DNA of 64,000 nt. It comes from the human T2T-CHM13v2.0 reference genome, Homo sapiens. Made by a program: the position numbers and the translations under genes. This document shows, one piece after another, positions 36,616 through 50,290 of the stretch. The stretch lies in assembly GCF_009914755.1 (NCBI RefSeq), contig NC_060942.1, one strand, 5' to 3'. How positions within the stretch are numbered: position 1 is the stretch's first letter; each line of letters starts with the position of its first letter. Below the pieces are notes generated by a model. The model made no database searches, had not been told where the DNA came from, and worked only from the letters and a program-made list of their open reading frames with translations.

Positions 36616-39600
36616 AGCCTACTCTCATCTTTTCCAGATTTTGAGAGTAAGGAAAACCTGATCTTGTCACATCTCTGCCTAAAATTCTTCAAAGAGGAGA
36701 AGAGGAAAAGAGTTGCTACCCTGCATCAGGTCATGCTCTACAAGATGGGCCACCATAACTGAGTGACACCTGGGTAAGGATGTAATGATGCAGTGAGAGG
36801 AGAAGAGGAGGGTTCAGTCAAAGGCTCACAACAGTGATGTTGCAGCAGGATATTGCAGTGAACCTTGAAGGCTGATGGGGCAGAGGAGCTCCAAGTATAT
36901 TTTGAGATGAGACAACCTTGTTGAAACATGCCCATATGCCTACTTGGAAGGAAGCAATGGTCACTTAGTGGTATGGTTCTTGATATCTTTTTGGAAGAAT
37001 TATGACATATTCAAAACAACTTATGACTTTTTTTAAAGGAATAGAATTGGGGAACATTACCAATTCCAGCTGCATAAATAATAAATAAACAAAGATCCCA
37101 ATGTCAAATTTCAGAAGCCCACACTTTGTGAATGCAACGATAAATTTTCAGAACCTCCTGCAATAAACAATCGCATTTATTCACCAGGGATTGAATGTTA
37201 AGTTGTCCCCTTCACTTGGTGACAAATGAGATTCCTGAGTGTGTGGGGCCACGTTGCATTTACCCAAGTGAAATAAAAGAAGGATGAGCAAGATAAGAAA
37301 ATCATTTTACAGTCTCCTGTTATTAAAGTCAGCATTTCCCAGCCTGGGTGATCCAGCCTTTGAAAAAGTGTTCATGCTTAACCTCAGTACCACAGGGTCA
37401 TGTGGAAGACCCCAGCTGGCTCACAAAAACCCCTGGAGGAAGAGAGTGGCTGCAGGTGGAGGGGTGGAGGCATGTGCCCCCATCTCCCAGGATAGGGCTT
37501 TTCTCTCCTCTCTCCTGCTCCTCTTTCTAGGAATGAATGATGCCAGAAAACTCCATTATTCCTTAAGCAAAAACTCTCTCCAGCACTAAGAGTAGAGAAA
37601 CAAAGGTGTAACATTTAGACTTTGCATAGATTCCTGTGTTTGTTTTGAATGGCAGTTCCTGGGTCCATGGGTCAGGGTACGGTATTTATCCCCTTGTCTC
37701 AATTTCTGTGATTGAAAATGGGATTGATAAATTTCCTTCTTAGCTCAAAGGGGACATTATACACATTAATGAGTAGAACAGGCTTAAATCTTCTTTATGT
37801 TCTATGGACAACTATGCAAATAAACAGAGTTTTTCTTTTTGTTTTTTTTTTCCTTTGGATTTCAGCCATATTTCTTCTTAAGGAAAATAAAAATCCATTG
37901 TTAAAATCACCGTTGCTCTAGATGCCTACTGCTAATGTGCTTCTGGAGGAACAGTTTTCAAATGAGAAGTAACAGGAGCCGCTCTGATTGAAACAAACTG
38001 GTGTTGATTGCAGATCAGCCATCTGTAAAGGAGGCCACCTCGGGAAGGGTGTGAACTAATGAAAAGATGGGCCTGATTTGGGAGCGTGATGGGCTTTGTG
38101 CCACCGGCCTCTGTGAGTGGCATGAGATTATAGCAGTGCGAGGAGAGGTAGATTGAGAATAAGTAACTTGTGTCTTAAAGATTAAATGGCAAATTTGCTA
38201 TTAAATGTGAAAGACATAAAATGGAATTATTGCTTTGAGGACGTTAGCTGTGGCCATACCCACTCGCAGAGAGCGTGACGACCTGTCCTCCTGTCAACAA
38301 CGCACCCATCCCAGCATGCCGATTACAGGCCTGGAGAACAGAGTGGTGAACCCTGGGAGTGGCCCACACAGCACCTTCTTCGCAAGGCACTTCCTATGGC
38401 CTCCCTTCCTCCAGTGACCTTCCAGACTGGTGAGTGTTATTGATGAAGTCATTACGTAGCCCAGAAAGCCAGTCGATAATTCCCAGGGATGTTGGTGATC
38501 AGAGGGTGGCCTGGGAGAGGACAATGAGAGGCTTCCACTGACTGCTGACCTGGAGAAGTGGTCCTGGAGTTCCAGGAGCCCAGGCTTGTGTGATTATAAC
38601 AAAGGCAGAACCAGAGGTGAATTTTAACAATGCACCCAATTGCCAGGGCATTTGGAGTCAGTGAAGCAGGATCCCAGAAACTGACCGGCACAGTGGAAGG
38701 CGTTCACGCTGCACCTCAGTGCCTGGGAGTAGGCACCCCACAAATACTCCTTGAAAAAATAAAACTTCGATATGTGGTCAAATGTAGGGTCTGTATTGCC
38801 CTGCCTGGCTCTAGATACAACTTCTTCTTCTTACGTAGTCTGTTTGCATGCACCAGCTATAAATAAACATTTTCCTTGGTCCCCATGCCCTGTATTTGAG
38901 ACTGTGAATGTTTGAACTTTTTGTCTGACTTATGTTTCTGATATCTGGTAATTTTCTCTGAAGTTAGAAAACCTAAAGAACAAAATTCTAAATTCTCTAT
39001 TTCTCTGGTTCTACTTTCAGCTCGATCCAGATGTAAACTCTAGTTGTTGGCTTGTGCTACATTGCTCATTGCCATAAGTCAAAGGATGGCTTATGCCATG
39101 GCCATGGGGTTCCCCACAGATTGTCAAAAAGTCCCAAGGCTTTTTGGGGTGAGACTTGGACAGCCTGGTTTCTCTGTCTACCCTTCCAGCCACGATGGGG
39201 TTTGCATCCTTCCCTTCTGGTGTAATTGCTGCCTGCAGCCCACCTTGCTCAGACCTCACTGTCTTTATGGGGCTGTTGGAAGCTTAGCCTATTTGCACTG
39301 ATTCCAGCCCACAGGAAACTCCTGCTTAGCATATTGGAGTTCTGTTGGTTTACTAGGAAATATTGATGAATGGGTGAATGAATGAATGAATATGAGAACC
39401 AGTAGCAGTCCCTTACGACCTGTCCTGGATCAGTCTTAAATCCCTCTTGGCACCAGAATTCTGCACTCAGGAAAGCTGTATGTGACTGCAGGGAATGGGG
39501 AAGGAGCTGCTAGATCTTTCAATCATCCCCGTGCTTGCGTGAGCACGTTGACCAGCAGACAGGCGATGGGCTATGCGGTGTGGCACTTTATTGTGTAAAG

Positions 39601-40899
39601 GCTTATGTTCTGCTATATTGCATCATTTTATATGCTTATGTGACTTAAGATTATAGGGCACAATGAATGAAATGAAACACAAGTAGTGAAATAAAGTAGA
39701 CAACACTATCTTTTAGATTGGATATGCGCCATTAATTCCATTCCTTTTTTTTTCTTTAAAATTGGCCTGTGTGAATTTACTACACATGAACTCAGAGGGC
39801 TAAAGCCACTGGCTTGTGGCACTTGTGTAGTGTGCTGGCTGCTTCCTCGAAATTCCCTTCCCTGCTAAAGCATGGCCTGGATCTGCCACCATGCCCTGCA
39901 GCATTGGGTTGGAGAGTCTCTTGACATGGCCTGGTGGCAATGCCAAATAATATGATAGTTTTGTGATGATGATAATGTCAACAGGGATCAGAGTGAGAGA
40001 ACCAAGCTCATTTTCACTTTTGACCCAAGAAGGACTCATTCCCAGATTTTCAAATGTGAAAAGCTCATGCACTAATTAGCACTGTCTCTTGCCCTCAGCA
40101 TCAATTTTGAAAGTCACCAGTTCAAACTGAACACCAGAAACTTGGCAATATAATCCAAAGGATATCCAAACAGATTTTAAATTAATCAGCTTATGAATCT
40201 AATTTGCTAGCTATAATAAGACTTTATATTTACATGGCACTTTTTTTCTGTTATTATTCTTACAGCTAATAATGCTGGAATAAATATTGATTAAATACAG
40301 TTCAGCATACAATGGACTTGCTATCTTACTAATCCTCAAAACGTTTCTTTTAGAAGGCCACTACGTGTGCTTGGGCTCACACCTTCTCTATCCACCAGTG
40401 CCCCTTGCACCACGTGAGAAAACTCTTACCTTCCAAAGACTAGATCTGCTGCCATATCCCCAAGTTTCCTCCTTTGGGTGTTGGTCTGGAGCTGCTCTGA
40501 AGATCCTCTTTTACATCACTCTTTTTTGGGTTCCACGATGTCTTTGCTGCCCTATCCCATCACAGGCCTTTATGAGTCACCACGTTTATGTGTGTCCCAT
40601 GCTGTCTTTGCCATACACCCTGACTTCTGTCTTGACTTTGTCCCGGGTCCCGATGGCATCCCACCTTTTTGCTGGGATGCCAGTCCAGTTTGGAGTCTAC
40701 CTCCAGGATTTCCGTCTGTCCTGTAGTTGCAGGTGCTGAGACCTTGGATAAGGTGCTCATCATCTATGGCCCCTGGAGAGTCTGGTGGCCCCTCTCTCTT
40801 AATCCATGGCCCAAAGGGAGCCAAACGCTGGACTAATGATCCTCCTTCTACTCGGAGTGTTTTTTTGCGGTGGCAATTCTTACAGAGTGATTTGTGGTG

Positions 40900-40985
40900 G
40901 TTGGTGAGAGATAAGTCCCCTCTCTACATCTTGCATTATCTGGCACATGGTAGACACTCAATACATATTTGCTAAGTGATGAATT
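40900..40985 (+). mobile_element. L2 3' end
   Basis: tctggcacatggtagacactcaatacatatttgctaagtgatgaat. Confidence 0.7.
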
Positions 40986-41024
40986 CGCCAGTAACTGAAG
41001 GGGAAATGGTGCATATTAAATATT

Positions 41025-41670
41025 GCATTCATTCATTCATCATTCTTTCAGCATGTTTATTGAGTATCTACTACATCTTAACCACTGTTCTAGGCAATGA
41101 TCCCTGCTCTGAAGGCGACTACCTTCAAGGGAGGGGAAACAGACACTGTAAACAGAGTAACTCAGTGTATTAAGCACATAGGAGAAGGTGATAAATATAA
41201 TGAAAAAGCAAAGGTGAACAGGGTCAGGTGAATGGGCTGTGCCAGGAAGAGTAGAGGGCTTGTTGCCATGTTGTAAAGAATGTCTCGGTGGGGAAGTGGC
41301 CTTTGACCAACACAGGAAGGAGGAGTGCTGAGGAGACACCTGAGGAAAGGACTGTCCAGGCAGGGCAGGTAGACAAGAGCCCCGGAGGTGGCTTACCTGA
41401 GCTCCTGGGCCAGGGTGTGGAAAGGTAATGGAGCTGGAGGGGAGGCTGGGGAGGTGATGAGGCTGCATCATGGGAAATGAAGGACCCCGTGAGCTGCCAC
41501 AAGGACTCCAGCTCTCCTTCTCAGTGAGGCCCAGAGTCTCTGAAGGTTTGGGCAGAACAGTGATGTGACTTGACTGTAGGGGCCGAGTGGGTGCTGGGAG
41601 AGCTGGTGGAGGCCTCTGTGACAATGCAGGGGAGGGAGGAGACAGGCTGCAGCCAGGCTGGCAGTCATGG
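41025..41670 (-). mobile_element. L2 LINE (3' ~650 bp)
   Basis: cattcattcattcat..gcatgtttattgagtatctact..ctgttctaggc followed by a degenerate L2 body. Confidence 0.75.
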
Positions 41671-41689
41671 AGTACAGGTTAAAGGCTCT

Positions 41690-41831
41690 GAGAAGTTCTG
41701 CAATAAAGAGTCCTGCTTAACCTTATCTCAATGCTTTCCACTCATTTGGGCACAAATCCCTGTGTTTTGCATAATGCCCTCTGATGCCCCATGGCTCTTG
41801 TGTTCTGCGGAACACAGTTTGGGAAACGCTG
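41690..41831 (+). mobile_element. MER103-like hAT-Charlie fragment
   Basis: Ends gttctgcggaacacagtttgggaaacgctg followed by ctctagag, a Charlie-type target site. Confidence 0.6.
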
Positions 41832-43039
41832 CTCTAGAGATATGTGTGTGCCACGTGCTGGGGGTCATCCACAGCCTCCTCTGTCTCTGGAAATAGGTGT
41901 CAGGCTCCATGTCTGTTCCTGAGGCCTGCTGTTGGCTTGAGAGATGCTCTCTTGTGGAAAGGCCCTAGGTCTGAGCAGAACTGGGTTTGAACCTTAAGCA
42001 AGTAGCTTCTGCTCTCAAGGCTCCTGCTACCCAACTTTCTAACGATTACAAGAACAGCAACAACAATGGTAAAGTCTGCTTAGACCACTGTTGGGAGTGT
42101 ATTTAAAGCACTTTGCCTTCGTCTGGTGGATAGGAAGACCTCAGATGCTATCATAGTTACTGCCATTGTTTCAGATGCCATTCTGCCTGCTGAAATCTCA
42201 GAACCCTGCTCTCTGTGGGATTCCTTATCAACGTGCCCTGCTCACAGTCCAGGGACCCTGTTCTTGGGTGTGGGCCCTTCTGGCCTGCTCCATAGCAGAG
42301 AGTGACTGTGTCTTCATTGCCCAGTTATTGGTGGTCCCACCCTCTGCAAGCAGCATGCACCTTCACCCCCACAGCTGGGATGGCACCCTGGGTACCTGCT
42401 CCAGACCCACAGGGGAGCCCAGTTCTGAGTGGACCCCATCCCCTGACCTGGCCTGCGCTCAGCTAAGTGCCCAAACATGACAGAAATAATGTTGTATGTC
42501 AACTAAATCAAGTATGACTTACAAGTGACCTTTGCATTGAGAACGCCAGACTCCCAGCCACTCCTCCTTCCTCGGGGGCATGGAGTCCAGCTTCCTTCCA
42601 CAGCACTCACTTTCTTCTCTGGCTAAGTTGGGGGCTTAGAAGCACACAGGGTCTTAGTTTTCACTGGGGTTATTGATGGACCGGAATACTTTCCTGAGCA
42701 CATAATTTAGTGTGATTTGAGTTTCGTGCTGGATTTCCTGGACGTCACTGCAGCTACCGTGCCAAGAGCCCTCCCTTCCTGTGGCAAAATCACCATAGAC
42801 AAGGCCCGCAATGTTCCTACCCGGGGCCGCAAAGGGGGCTGTTGCAAGAGGATGAGGAAGAAGGAAAAATGTCTTCTGCAGCTGGGTGGCTCACGGAATT
42901 GCCCATCCTCTCTGATTCCAATTGTAGAGCTGTTTGGGGTCGCTTTGAAAGCGAAGCTCTTGAATCACGGCTTGTGTACACCTCTCAGGTAGGGTGTTGC
43001 ATTTATGCGTTCAGCTGTTTGTCTTCTGGGACTCTGCTT

Positions 43040-43240
43040 GTTATTCCATAAAACCCATTGTCAGTCAACAGCCATCAATCACACAAACTTCACGCACACC
43101 ACGGATCTGTCAGGAAATCAAAAGGCTGTTAGGGTTGTTGTGATTACCCATTCATGAGCCATTTTGACTGGAAATTTCACAGACCTTCCCTCTTGCTACA
43201 AAGAAGGGGGAAGTTTAAATCAATCATTTAAACAATTTGC
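43040..43240. promoter_or_regulatory. Candidate PBX-HOX/MEIS enhancer module
   Basis: CCATCAATCA (TGATTGATGG) 43072-43081, ATCAATCA 43219-43226, CTGTCA 43107-43112, TTGTCA 43058-43063, CCATAAAA 43046-43053. Confidence 0.45.
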
Positions 43241-45364
43241 CAGTGAGGTCTATTTTTGCCACTGAAAACCCCTTTCCCATCCTGTTGCCTGCCCTTTGGC
43301 TTCAGCAGTTTTTTGCCTTTTGTGCAGACAGGCTGCATCCGGTTACCACCGGGTTTGTTTCCAGAGGTGGAGGATCCACAGCGATGCCTTCATGTCATTT
43401 AGTGTCGTGAGTGTGAGGACAGGACCTCCTCCCATTCACCCTGGGTCCTCCTGTTCCTGCTCTGGATTCACATCTCAGAGAAAGAGGGAGGAAGGCGTTC
43501 GGAGGGGAAGCAGGAGAGCAGGGCAGCCTGGGATGATTCCTGTTCCTGAAAGGGAAAAGTCCCTGGCTTTCCAGGTTGGCATTTGCTGGTGGCTCCAGCT
43601 CTTTCATGGCGGTATGCCTTGGAGTTTGCCTCTGAACAGGAGGGTCGCTGTGGGCTGGGCTCCCTCGCAGTGCGGGCAGGCGTCTTTCCTTCATCTGTCT
43701 CCCTGCTTGTCCCCACGTGCCTTGCCATCACTGATAAATGAACTGTGGTCCAGCTGATAACCACTTTGTGTGTCGTTCTTTCTTGTCTTTGCAGCAAGCA
43801 TGCTCACAGAAATCCTGGGACTGCCACATCGAGCCTTCTGCGTTCAGGCTGACAAACGTCCCTGGGTTGGAGGAGCTGACTGGCTGGCGCTGCCTTGTGA
43901 CCATGTGCCATGCTGCCATACCCAAGGGGGCACAGGCGAGGCAGCCAGGTGCACAAGAGTTGTGATGCCATGTCAGACACTAAAAACGCAACCATTTCCC
44001 AACCATGAGACTTCCTGGCAACTTGTCCAGCTCACCTTGGCCTGGATCTTCTCCTCACAGAGGAGATCATGTAGAGAGAAAGAACATCTAAATAAATGCA
44101 AGCCCATTAGCCAACCAACTGACCGATGGGCCCGGCTTTCCAAACAACCATGGGCAACAATAAGATTAGAAAACAAAATATTGTTAGATCAAATGAGCTC
44201 AGAAAGAACTGAGGGTCTGACTGCATGAGATAGTTAAGAACTTTGGGAGGCCCCTGTGTCAACCACTGGCTTCCAATAACTCCACATGAATGTAAGACTC
44301 CCAGCGTCAAGGGAGGGATGCTCCCCCTGTGCAGCTGTATCCTAGCAATGCTCTCCCTCTCATGGCTGCACGGATATTGATGATAATGAAGCATGCTGCA
44401 CACAGGTGTGCTGTGCTCGTATCTGCTGCCCCTGGACAGCTGCTGTGGTTACGTGATATCTCAACCAGTGTGGCAGGTGAAGGCACGCACCCTTCCCTGG
44501 AGTGACAATGGCACCCTCCTTGCCCTTCCCCCAGCGTGGTCCCCCCTAGACCTCCCCTGACTACTGCAGCCGTTCCTGCTGAGCGCCGAGCATGCCTGCA
44601 GCTCTGCAGTGGCCATGTGTCCACCGGGGGCTCCGGCCTGCCATCCCATCCAACAATGACTCTCCAGGTGGGGGGAGAGGGCACCAAGGGCACTGCCGCA
44701 AATCCTGCGTCCTTGATATCATCTTGACCTACTGAGATGCTACTGCTGTTAGCCAGCTCCAGGATGCAACCCCTAGATACTTGCATGTATTTTAAACCAG
44801 AAAAAAAAATCAGTTGGAAGGTGACAGCTTCCAGAATCTGGATCTTATGCAGTCACACCTGGAAGGAAGGAGGTCTGAGGCCCATTGGACTGCATTTGCC
44901 TGCAATCTGTGGCTAGTACTTAAAGGAAGGGGCCAGAACTAGGGTTGGAATGTGGAACATTTGAGGTCGCTCTTCACCCTGGTGATCTTTGCCAATCAAC
45001 AGAGGCTTTGAGTAAGCAATCAGCCCAAAAGCAATTCAGAAGGGAGGCAACTTAAACAAATAAAATAAATAAATTCAAAAGGCAAAGCAGCTAAATATGA
45101 GAAGAAAACAGCGTCGGCTAATGGTGGGGATTTATGAGCATGAGCTGTGGTTTGAATCTTATACGGGGTTATAAATAAAGATGCTGATGAAAAGCAGAAG
45201 TCCTTCCCTATGTCCACATCCGTGGTGTTCCTAAATACTTATCTCTGGAATCTGCTGGAATGTCTAAAGCTGCTAGTCACATGGACCTGGCTCAAAGTCA
45301 TGATTAGCAGATGTCCCGTGAGCCACCTTTGCTAGTGTGAGGACAAGTTCAAATAGCACCAGGG

Positions 45365-45367
<3 letters not shown>

Positions 45368-45398
<31 letters not shown>

Positions 45399-45421
45399 CT
45401 CTCTCTCTCTCTCTCTCTCTC
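45368..45421. repeat. Interrupted (TC)n microsatellite
   Basis: Two TC runs separated by att. Confidence 0.97.
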
Positions 45422-46476
45422 AGAAATATTTGGACTAGAAATGGTTTGGGTCTTGGTGCTATTAACTGCATAATGCAATGTAACACAGGCTCTAATTGCT
45501 CACATCTGATATTCCATTTAGATACAACAATAGAAATGTCAAGTTTACCTGTGATAAAGAAACAGAAATGTCATTAGTAGATTTCCAAATAATTTGTCCC
45601 TGTGATTTTTAGCAATAAATAACACAGACCTCTCTGTTGCAAAAACTGGCATCCTGCTTACCTGTTTTCTTCTCTTTTGTCAATTGTTTTATTTGGGCAT
45701 TCTCGTCCAGTGAATAAATTCATCAGCCACTATTTTTGGGCTTCTGTATTGAAAAGCTCATTATTTCAGAGGAAGTGCATTGTGAATTAAAAAAAAAACT
45801 CAGTTATTATAATTAAATAGCTGGTGGTGAGAGGCCCTCTTAATGTGCGTGAGAAATTTGTAGGAAGGAAAGATAAATACTCTCTCCTTCCCTGCATCAA
45901 AATAGGAAGATGTTACTTAAAGAATCACGCTGAAGATTAATTTTCAGAGTGGATTGTGGGTAAAGCAGGTAGTGTCACATATAAAGATTGTTGCAGTGTG
46001 ACCAAGGTGATTGTGTACTAATGGTTTCATGTAGAGATTCTTTGAGGAAGTCAACTACTGAGCAAACCTGAACTGGGGTGTGAGAGTGAGTTGGCACCTG
46101 TTGATTGCTTGGGTCAATTTGGCCAACCTGACTGCACGGGGAGCTTCCCTTCCCTGACTTTCCACATGAGTGTTAGCTGGCTCTTCTGAAGAACAGCATC
46201 TTCTACAGGAAAGGAGCAGAGGTGCGCTGGGGGCCAAACCCTCTCGAATATTTGAGCAGGTTCTCAAAATCCATTTGTGGAAGCAGTAAGAATGATCAAG
46301 GAGTTTAATGAATCTTTAATCGGTCCAAGAGAATTTGTGATGGGGCAAGATGAGATTTCCTGCCCTTCTAAATTGTGTTCAATCATCCTGGGAAGAACCT
46401 TCTAAATCATGTATAGATCACAAACTTTTCTTATTTAAAAATGAGTGGAGCAAAACCCCTCTCACTCAGGAGACAG

Positions 46477-46601
46477 CAATGCCTCTCAAACTTTCACGTG
46501 CTCATCAATTACATGACTAGTGGGTCCGGGGTTTCGTGTTTCAACCAACTCCCAGGCGATGCTACTGGTGCTGATCTGCAGACCACCTCTGAGTAGCAAG
46601 G
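46477..46601 (+). mobile_element. MER5-family hAT-Charlie element, internally deleted
   Basis: tctcaaactttcacgtgc..aactcccaggcgatgctactggtgctgatctgcagaccacctctgagtagcaagg. Confidence 0.75.
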
Positions 46602-46810
46602 TCTTAGAGGAAATGCAGGTTTGTTACCTTGGACAGCACACCTTGAAGGAGGCTGCTGCCACGTGACCTGGGGAGCCTTGCCCTTGCAGAGCTGAGATTT
46701 CACAAAGAATTCATTTGCTTGCTTTCCCTAAAGCAAAATTTCAGAATTTGCTGCCTGAAAAGTCAATACTTCTGAATGCTTAAAATAGTCGAAAAAAAAA
46801 AATCTTAATT

Positions 46811-47098
46811 GGCCGGGCACTGAGGCTCATGCCTGTAATCCCAGCACTTTGGGAGGCTGAGGCAGGCAGATCACTTGAGGTCAGGAGTTCTAGACCAGCC
46901 TGGGCAACATGGCAACTGTCTCTACTAAAAATGCAAAAATTAGCCAGATGTGGTGGCGTGCGCCTGTAATCTCAGCTACTCAGGAGGCTGAGGCAGGAGT
47001 CCCTTGAACCTGGGAGGCGGAGGCTGCAGTGAGTGGAGAGTGCGCCATTGCACTCCAGCCTGGGTGACAGAGCGAGACTCCATCTTGGAAAAAAAAAA
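46811..47098 (+). mobile_element. Alu SINE (old AluS/AluJb-like)
   Basis: ggccgggcac..gatcacttgaggtcaggagttc..gcactccagcctgggtgacagagcgagactcc, A tail; TSD aaaaaaaaaatcttaatt. Confidence 0.97.
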
Positions 47099-48299
47099 TC
47101 TTAATTAGCGAAACCCCCTTTAAATAAGTCCTACTTACGCTGTTTATTTAGATAGAAAATCCATTTTGCATAGATAATGCCAATGTAAACTCTATCCCAA
47201 CCCAAAACAAACCTTTTAAAAAATCTGTGTTTTTAAAAGATACCATCTGCCATAGAGTGAAGTTTAAGATCACACTTGAGTATTCTGTGTTCCTGTCACC
47301 GATCTTTAGTTCCTGAAAGAGCAAACCCTTTCAGAGAGGACACATCCACCTCAGCAGTAATTGCCCTGGAGGGGCCTGAGGATAAGACATTTCTCAACCA
47401 ACGCAGAAGGCTCTCCCCTCTACTCATGCAAGTCGTAAAGTGCAGGAGAAGAGGAATGTATTCTACTTGCACAGTAAAAGGAATGTTTTTCTTCTTGGGT
47501 GAGTAGGTTCTGTATTTCCAAGGTTGTTTTAACTGAAATGTCTCATGGTACTCTATTGGCATTTTCAAATACTGTATTTATTTTTGAATAAAAAAGGGGG
47601 AAAAACTAAAATTATTTCTTTGGATGACTTTATCCCTCCATCAGCTACCAAAATACTTGTAAACACACTTCGAGTCAGTTATTCTTGGACTACTCTGTCT
47701 TCATTGTACATTACGTATTGGTGTATTGAACTGAAACCAGTGAAGGTATTCTAGTGAGGAAAGATGTGATCAGTGATTCAGGTTGGACAAAAGGCCAAGT
47801 TCACTTCTCTTAACTCCCTCTTCCTTTGTTACTAGTAGGAAGTCTGGAAAGTACACAGAAATAACTACATTAGAGTATATGGGAATGAAAACTTTTCTCA
47901 ATATTTTGTGCTCCATAAACATTAAAACCAGTGATGGATGCTACTAATCATCTGACCACCTATTTGTCTACTCAAGTGAAAAGTTCATCTAAGTAGTTTG
48001 TGCGACCCTCACTCAGCGCATGTGTGTGTGTCAAAAAATCTCCCTCTGTTTCAAAAGTAAACAATTTCTTGAGCATTTGACCAAGGTAGATTTATTTGGA
48101 AGCTGTTAGATATGAAAAGATGCCTTCAGCAGTAATTTAAGTATCTACTATATCTTGAGAATGATATTGGGTGTTTCTTAGGATATAGTAGATACTCAAT
48201 AAATTCCTACTGAATATATCTTTTCATATCTAATAAGAGGACATGGGCCCATGAAATCATTTCCTAAATAACAAATCCTTCAGGGCATGAAATCTAGTG

Positions 48300-48615
48300 A
48301 GTGGGACAGACAAGTAAACAACTAGCTATATGAAAGGAAAGAATCAAGAAGATGCTGTAATAGAAATGGAGGCAATGTGCTGGGGGTGAGAGGAAGAGAC
48401 GGAATGCCAATAGTAATAATAACAATACTGGAGAAAGCTTTGAAGAAGGAACCAGGGGACAAGAATTTTGTAAAAACATACTGTATATAAATTGTGAGCA
48501 GATTGCTAGCAGGAGTTGGACCTATAATGGAAGATCAAGGGCCTCAAATTCTGGGTTAGACAGTCTGGACTTTATTCTATAGGCAAATGGGAGCCATTGA
48601 TGTTGGTTGAGAAGG
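48300..48615 (-). mobile_element. L2 fragments
   Basis: ggagaaagctttgaagaagg..; tggactttattctataggcaaatgggagccattga is an L2 antisense motif. Confidence 0.55.
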
Positions 48616-48924
48616 AGAGTGCCTTCCTTTGTGTCCCATGACAAATGGGAAGTCAGCAGCAAAGCAAAAATTACATACTTATTGTCAGCCTCAAACTGCT
48701 ATTTCAGCTACTTTTTGTCAGTAAAAGGAAGAAGTGTTGGCCTAGATATTAGTGCATCAATTCCAAGTACACTTCGTTATATTTTCTTTCACAGCAAAAT
48801 ACTTGTGGGAAATCATTACAGCAGAACGAAGCTCATTGGGAATGGACACAGATATTGGGACAATTCTTGCTGCACTAGTCTCTTCCTAGATTCTTCAGCC
48901 AGTGTGGCAGGAATTGTTCATTAT

Positions 48925-50104
48925 TATTTTTTTAAACAATTTAAACTTACAGAAAAGTTGCAGGAATAGTATGAACAACATCCCTGGACCCATTTCTCAG
49001 AAACTCCTTCCAAATTTACCAACTGTCTCACTGATGTCCAATGGACCCAGGCCAGGGTCCCAGGCTGCACCCAGCCATCCTGTCTCTCTAGTTTCTTGCA
49101 ATCTGTAATGGTTTCCTCAACATTCATGACTTTGATACTTTGGAAGGGGATAGGCCAACTATTTTTGTAGATTGTCCGTCAGTTTGGATGTGTCTGATGT
49201 TTCCGTAGAAGCAGCCCCAGGCTGTGCACCTTTGGCCGGAATGTCAGGGAAGGGGGTGCTCTGTCCTTCTCAGTGCATCCTCTCAGGTGGACAGGCTGCA
49301 GCCTTGTCCCACTGCTGGTGAAGTCACCTTTGCCAAGTTCCTCCACTGAAAAGTCACTTTGTCTTCCTCAAAAAATTGTCAAGTGTTTTGTGGGGAGATG
49401 CTTTGAGAGCATGTGAAAGCTTTTCTTTGACCAACTTCCACATTCCGGTTTTAGCATCCATAATGGTTCTCACCTGAATTAATTATCATTGCGATGGCTG
49501 CCAAATGGCAATTTAAAAATTACATCATTATTACTACATTTATTAGTTGGTTTTTCATTACTAGGAAGAGATTTACCTTCTCCCCATTTATGCATTCATG
49601 TATTTATATCCTTATGAACACCATGATTACTATTTAATCCACTGGGTTACAGTCTGCTTACTACTGTTATTTATTTTGGCTCTCAAATCGTCCCAGACTT
49701 GGCCAAGTAGTAACACCTTCAGGCTTACTGCTACGTCTTTTTGACATGTCCTTATCATTCTTTGGGCAATTTATTTCCTTCTTCGACAAAAATCGATTCT
49801 AAGCTCATCTTATGTTTTCCTACTCTGGTTTGATATTAGCCATTGCTTCAAGGAATCTTTGTTGTTTTAGTGGAAAGTCAAATTTAGAAACCAAGAACTG
49901 GGTGGCAGATGTACTCATTGGTACTTGTAGTATTGCTGCTCAGACCTTTAAGGCTAGAAAATGTCTGTCTATAAGTATGAATAAATATGCATATGTACAA
50001 TATAGATGTATACATACATTTATATTTCTTCTTATATCTACCTATCCATCCATCCACCTGCCCCCTTCCTTCCTCTCTCTCTCTCTTCATCCACCATTGG
50101 TCTG

Positions 50105-50158
<54 letters not shown>

Positions 50159-50290
50159 ATCTTCCTATCTATCATGAATGTACATCAATAACTCTAATTT
50201 GAATCTCACAACACAGGTCTCTTACAGCTTTCTCCCTTTTCACGTCTGTACCTTCTTTCTCCAACAGTCAGAACACAGGCTCCTATGATG
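48925..50290 (-). mobile_element. L1MC4/L1MC5-type LINE-1 3' region
   Basis: aacaatttaaacttacagaaaagttgcaggaatagta..ttcatgactttgatacttt..tttttgtagattgtcc..ctcaaatcgtcccagacttggcc..tttagaaaccaagaactggg. Confidence 0.85.
50105..50156. repeat. (TCTA)13 / GATA tetranucleotide STR
   Basis: Perfect TCTA run after one TCTG, inside the L1MC element. Confidence 0.97.

Noticed and set aside
41040-41624. 194-aa Pro/Ser-rich ORF
   Set aside because: Lies within a degenerate L2 element
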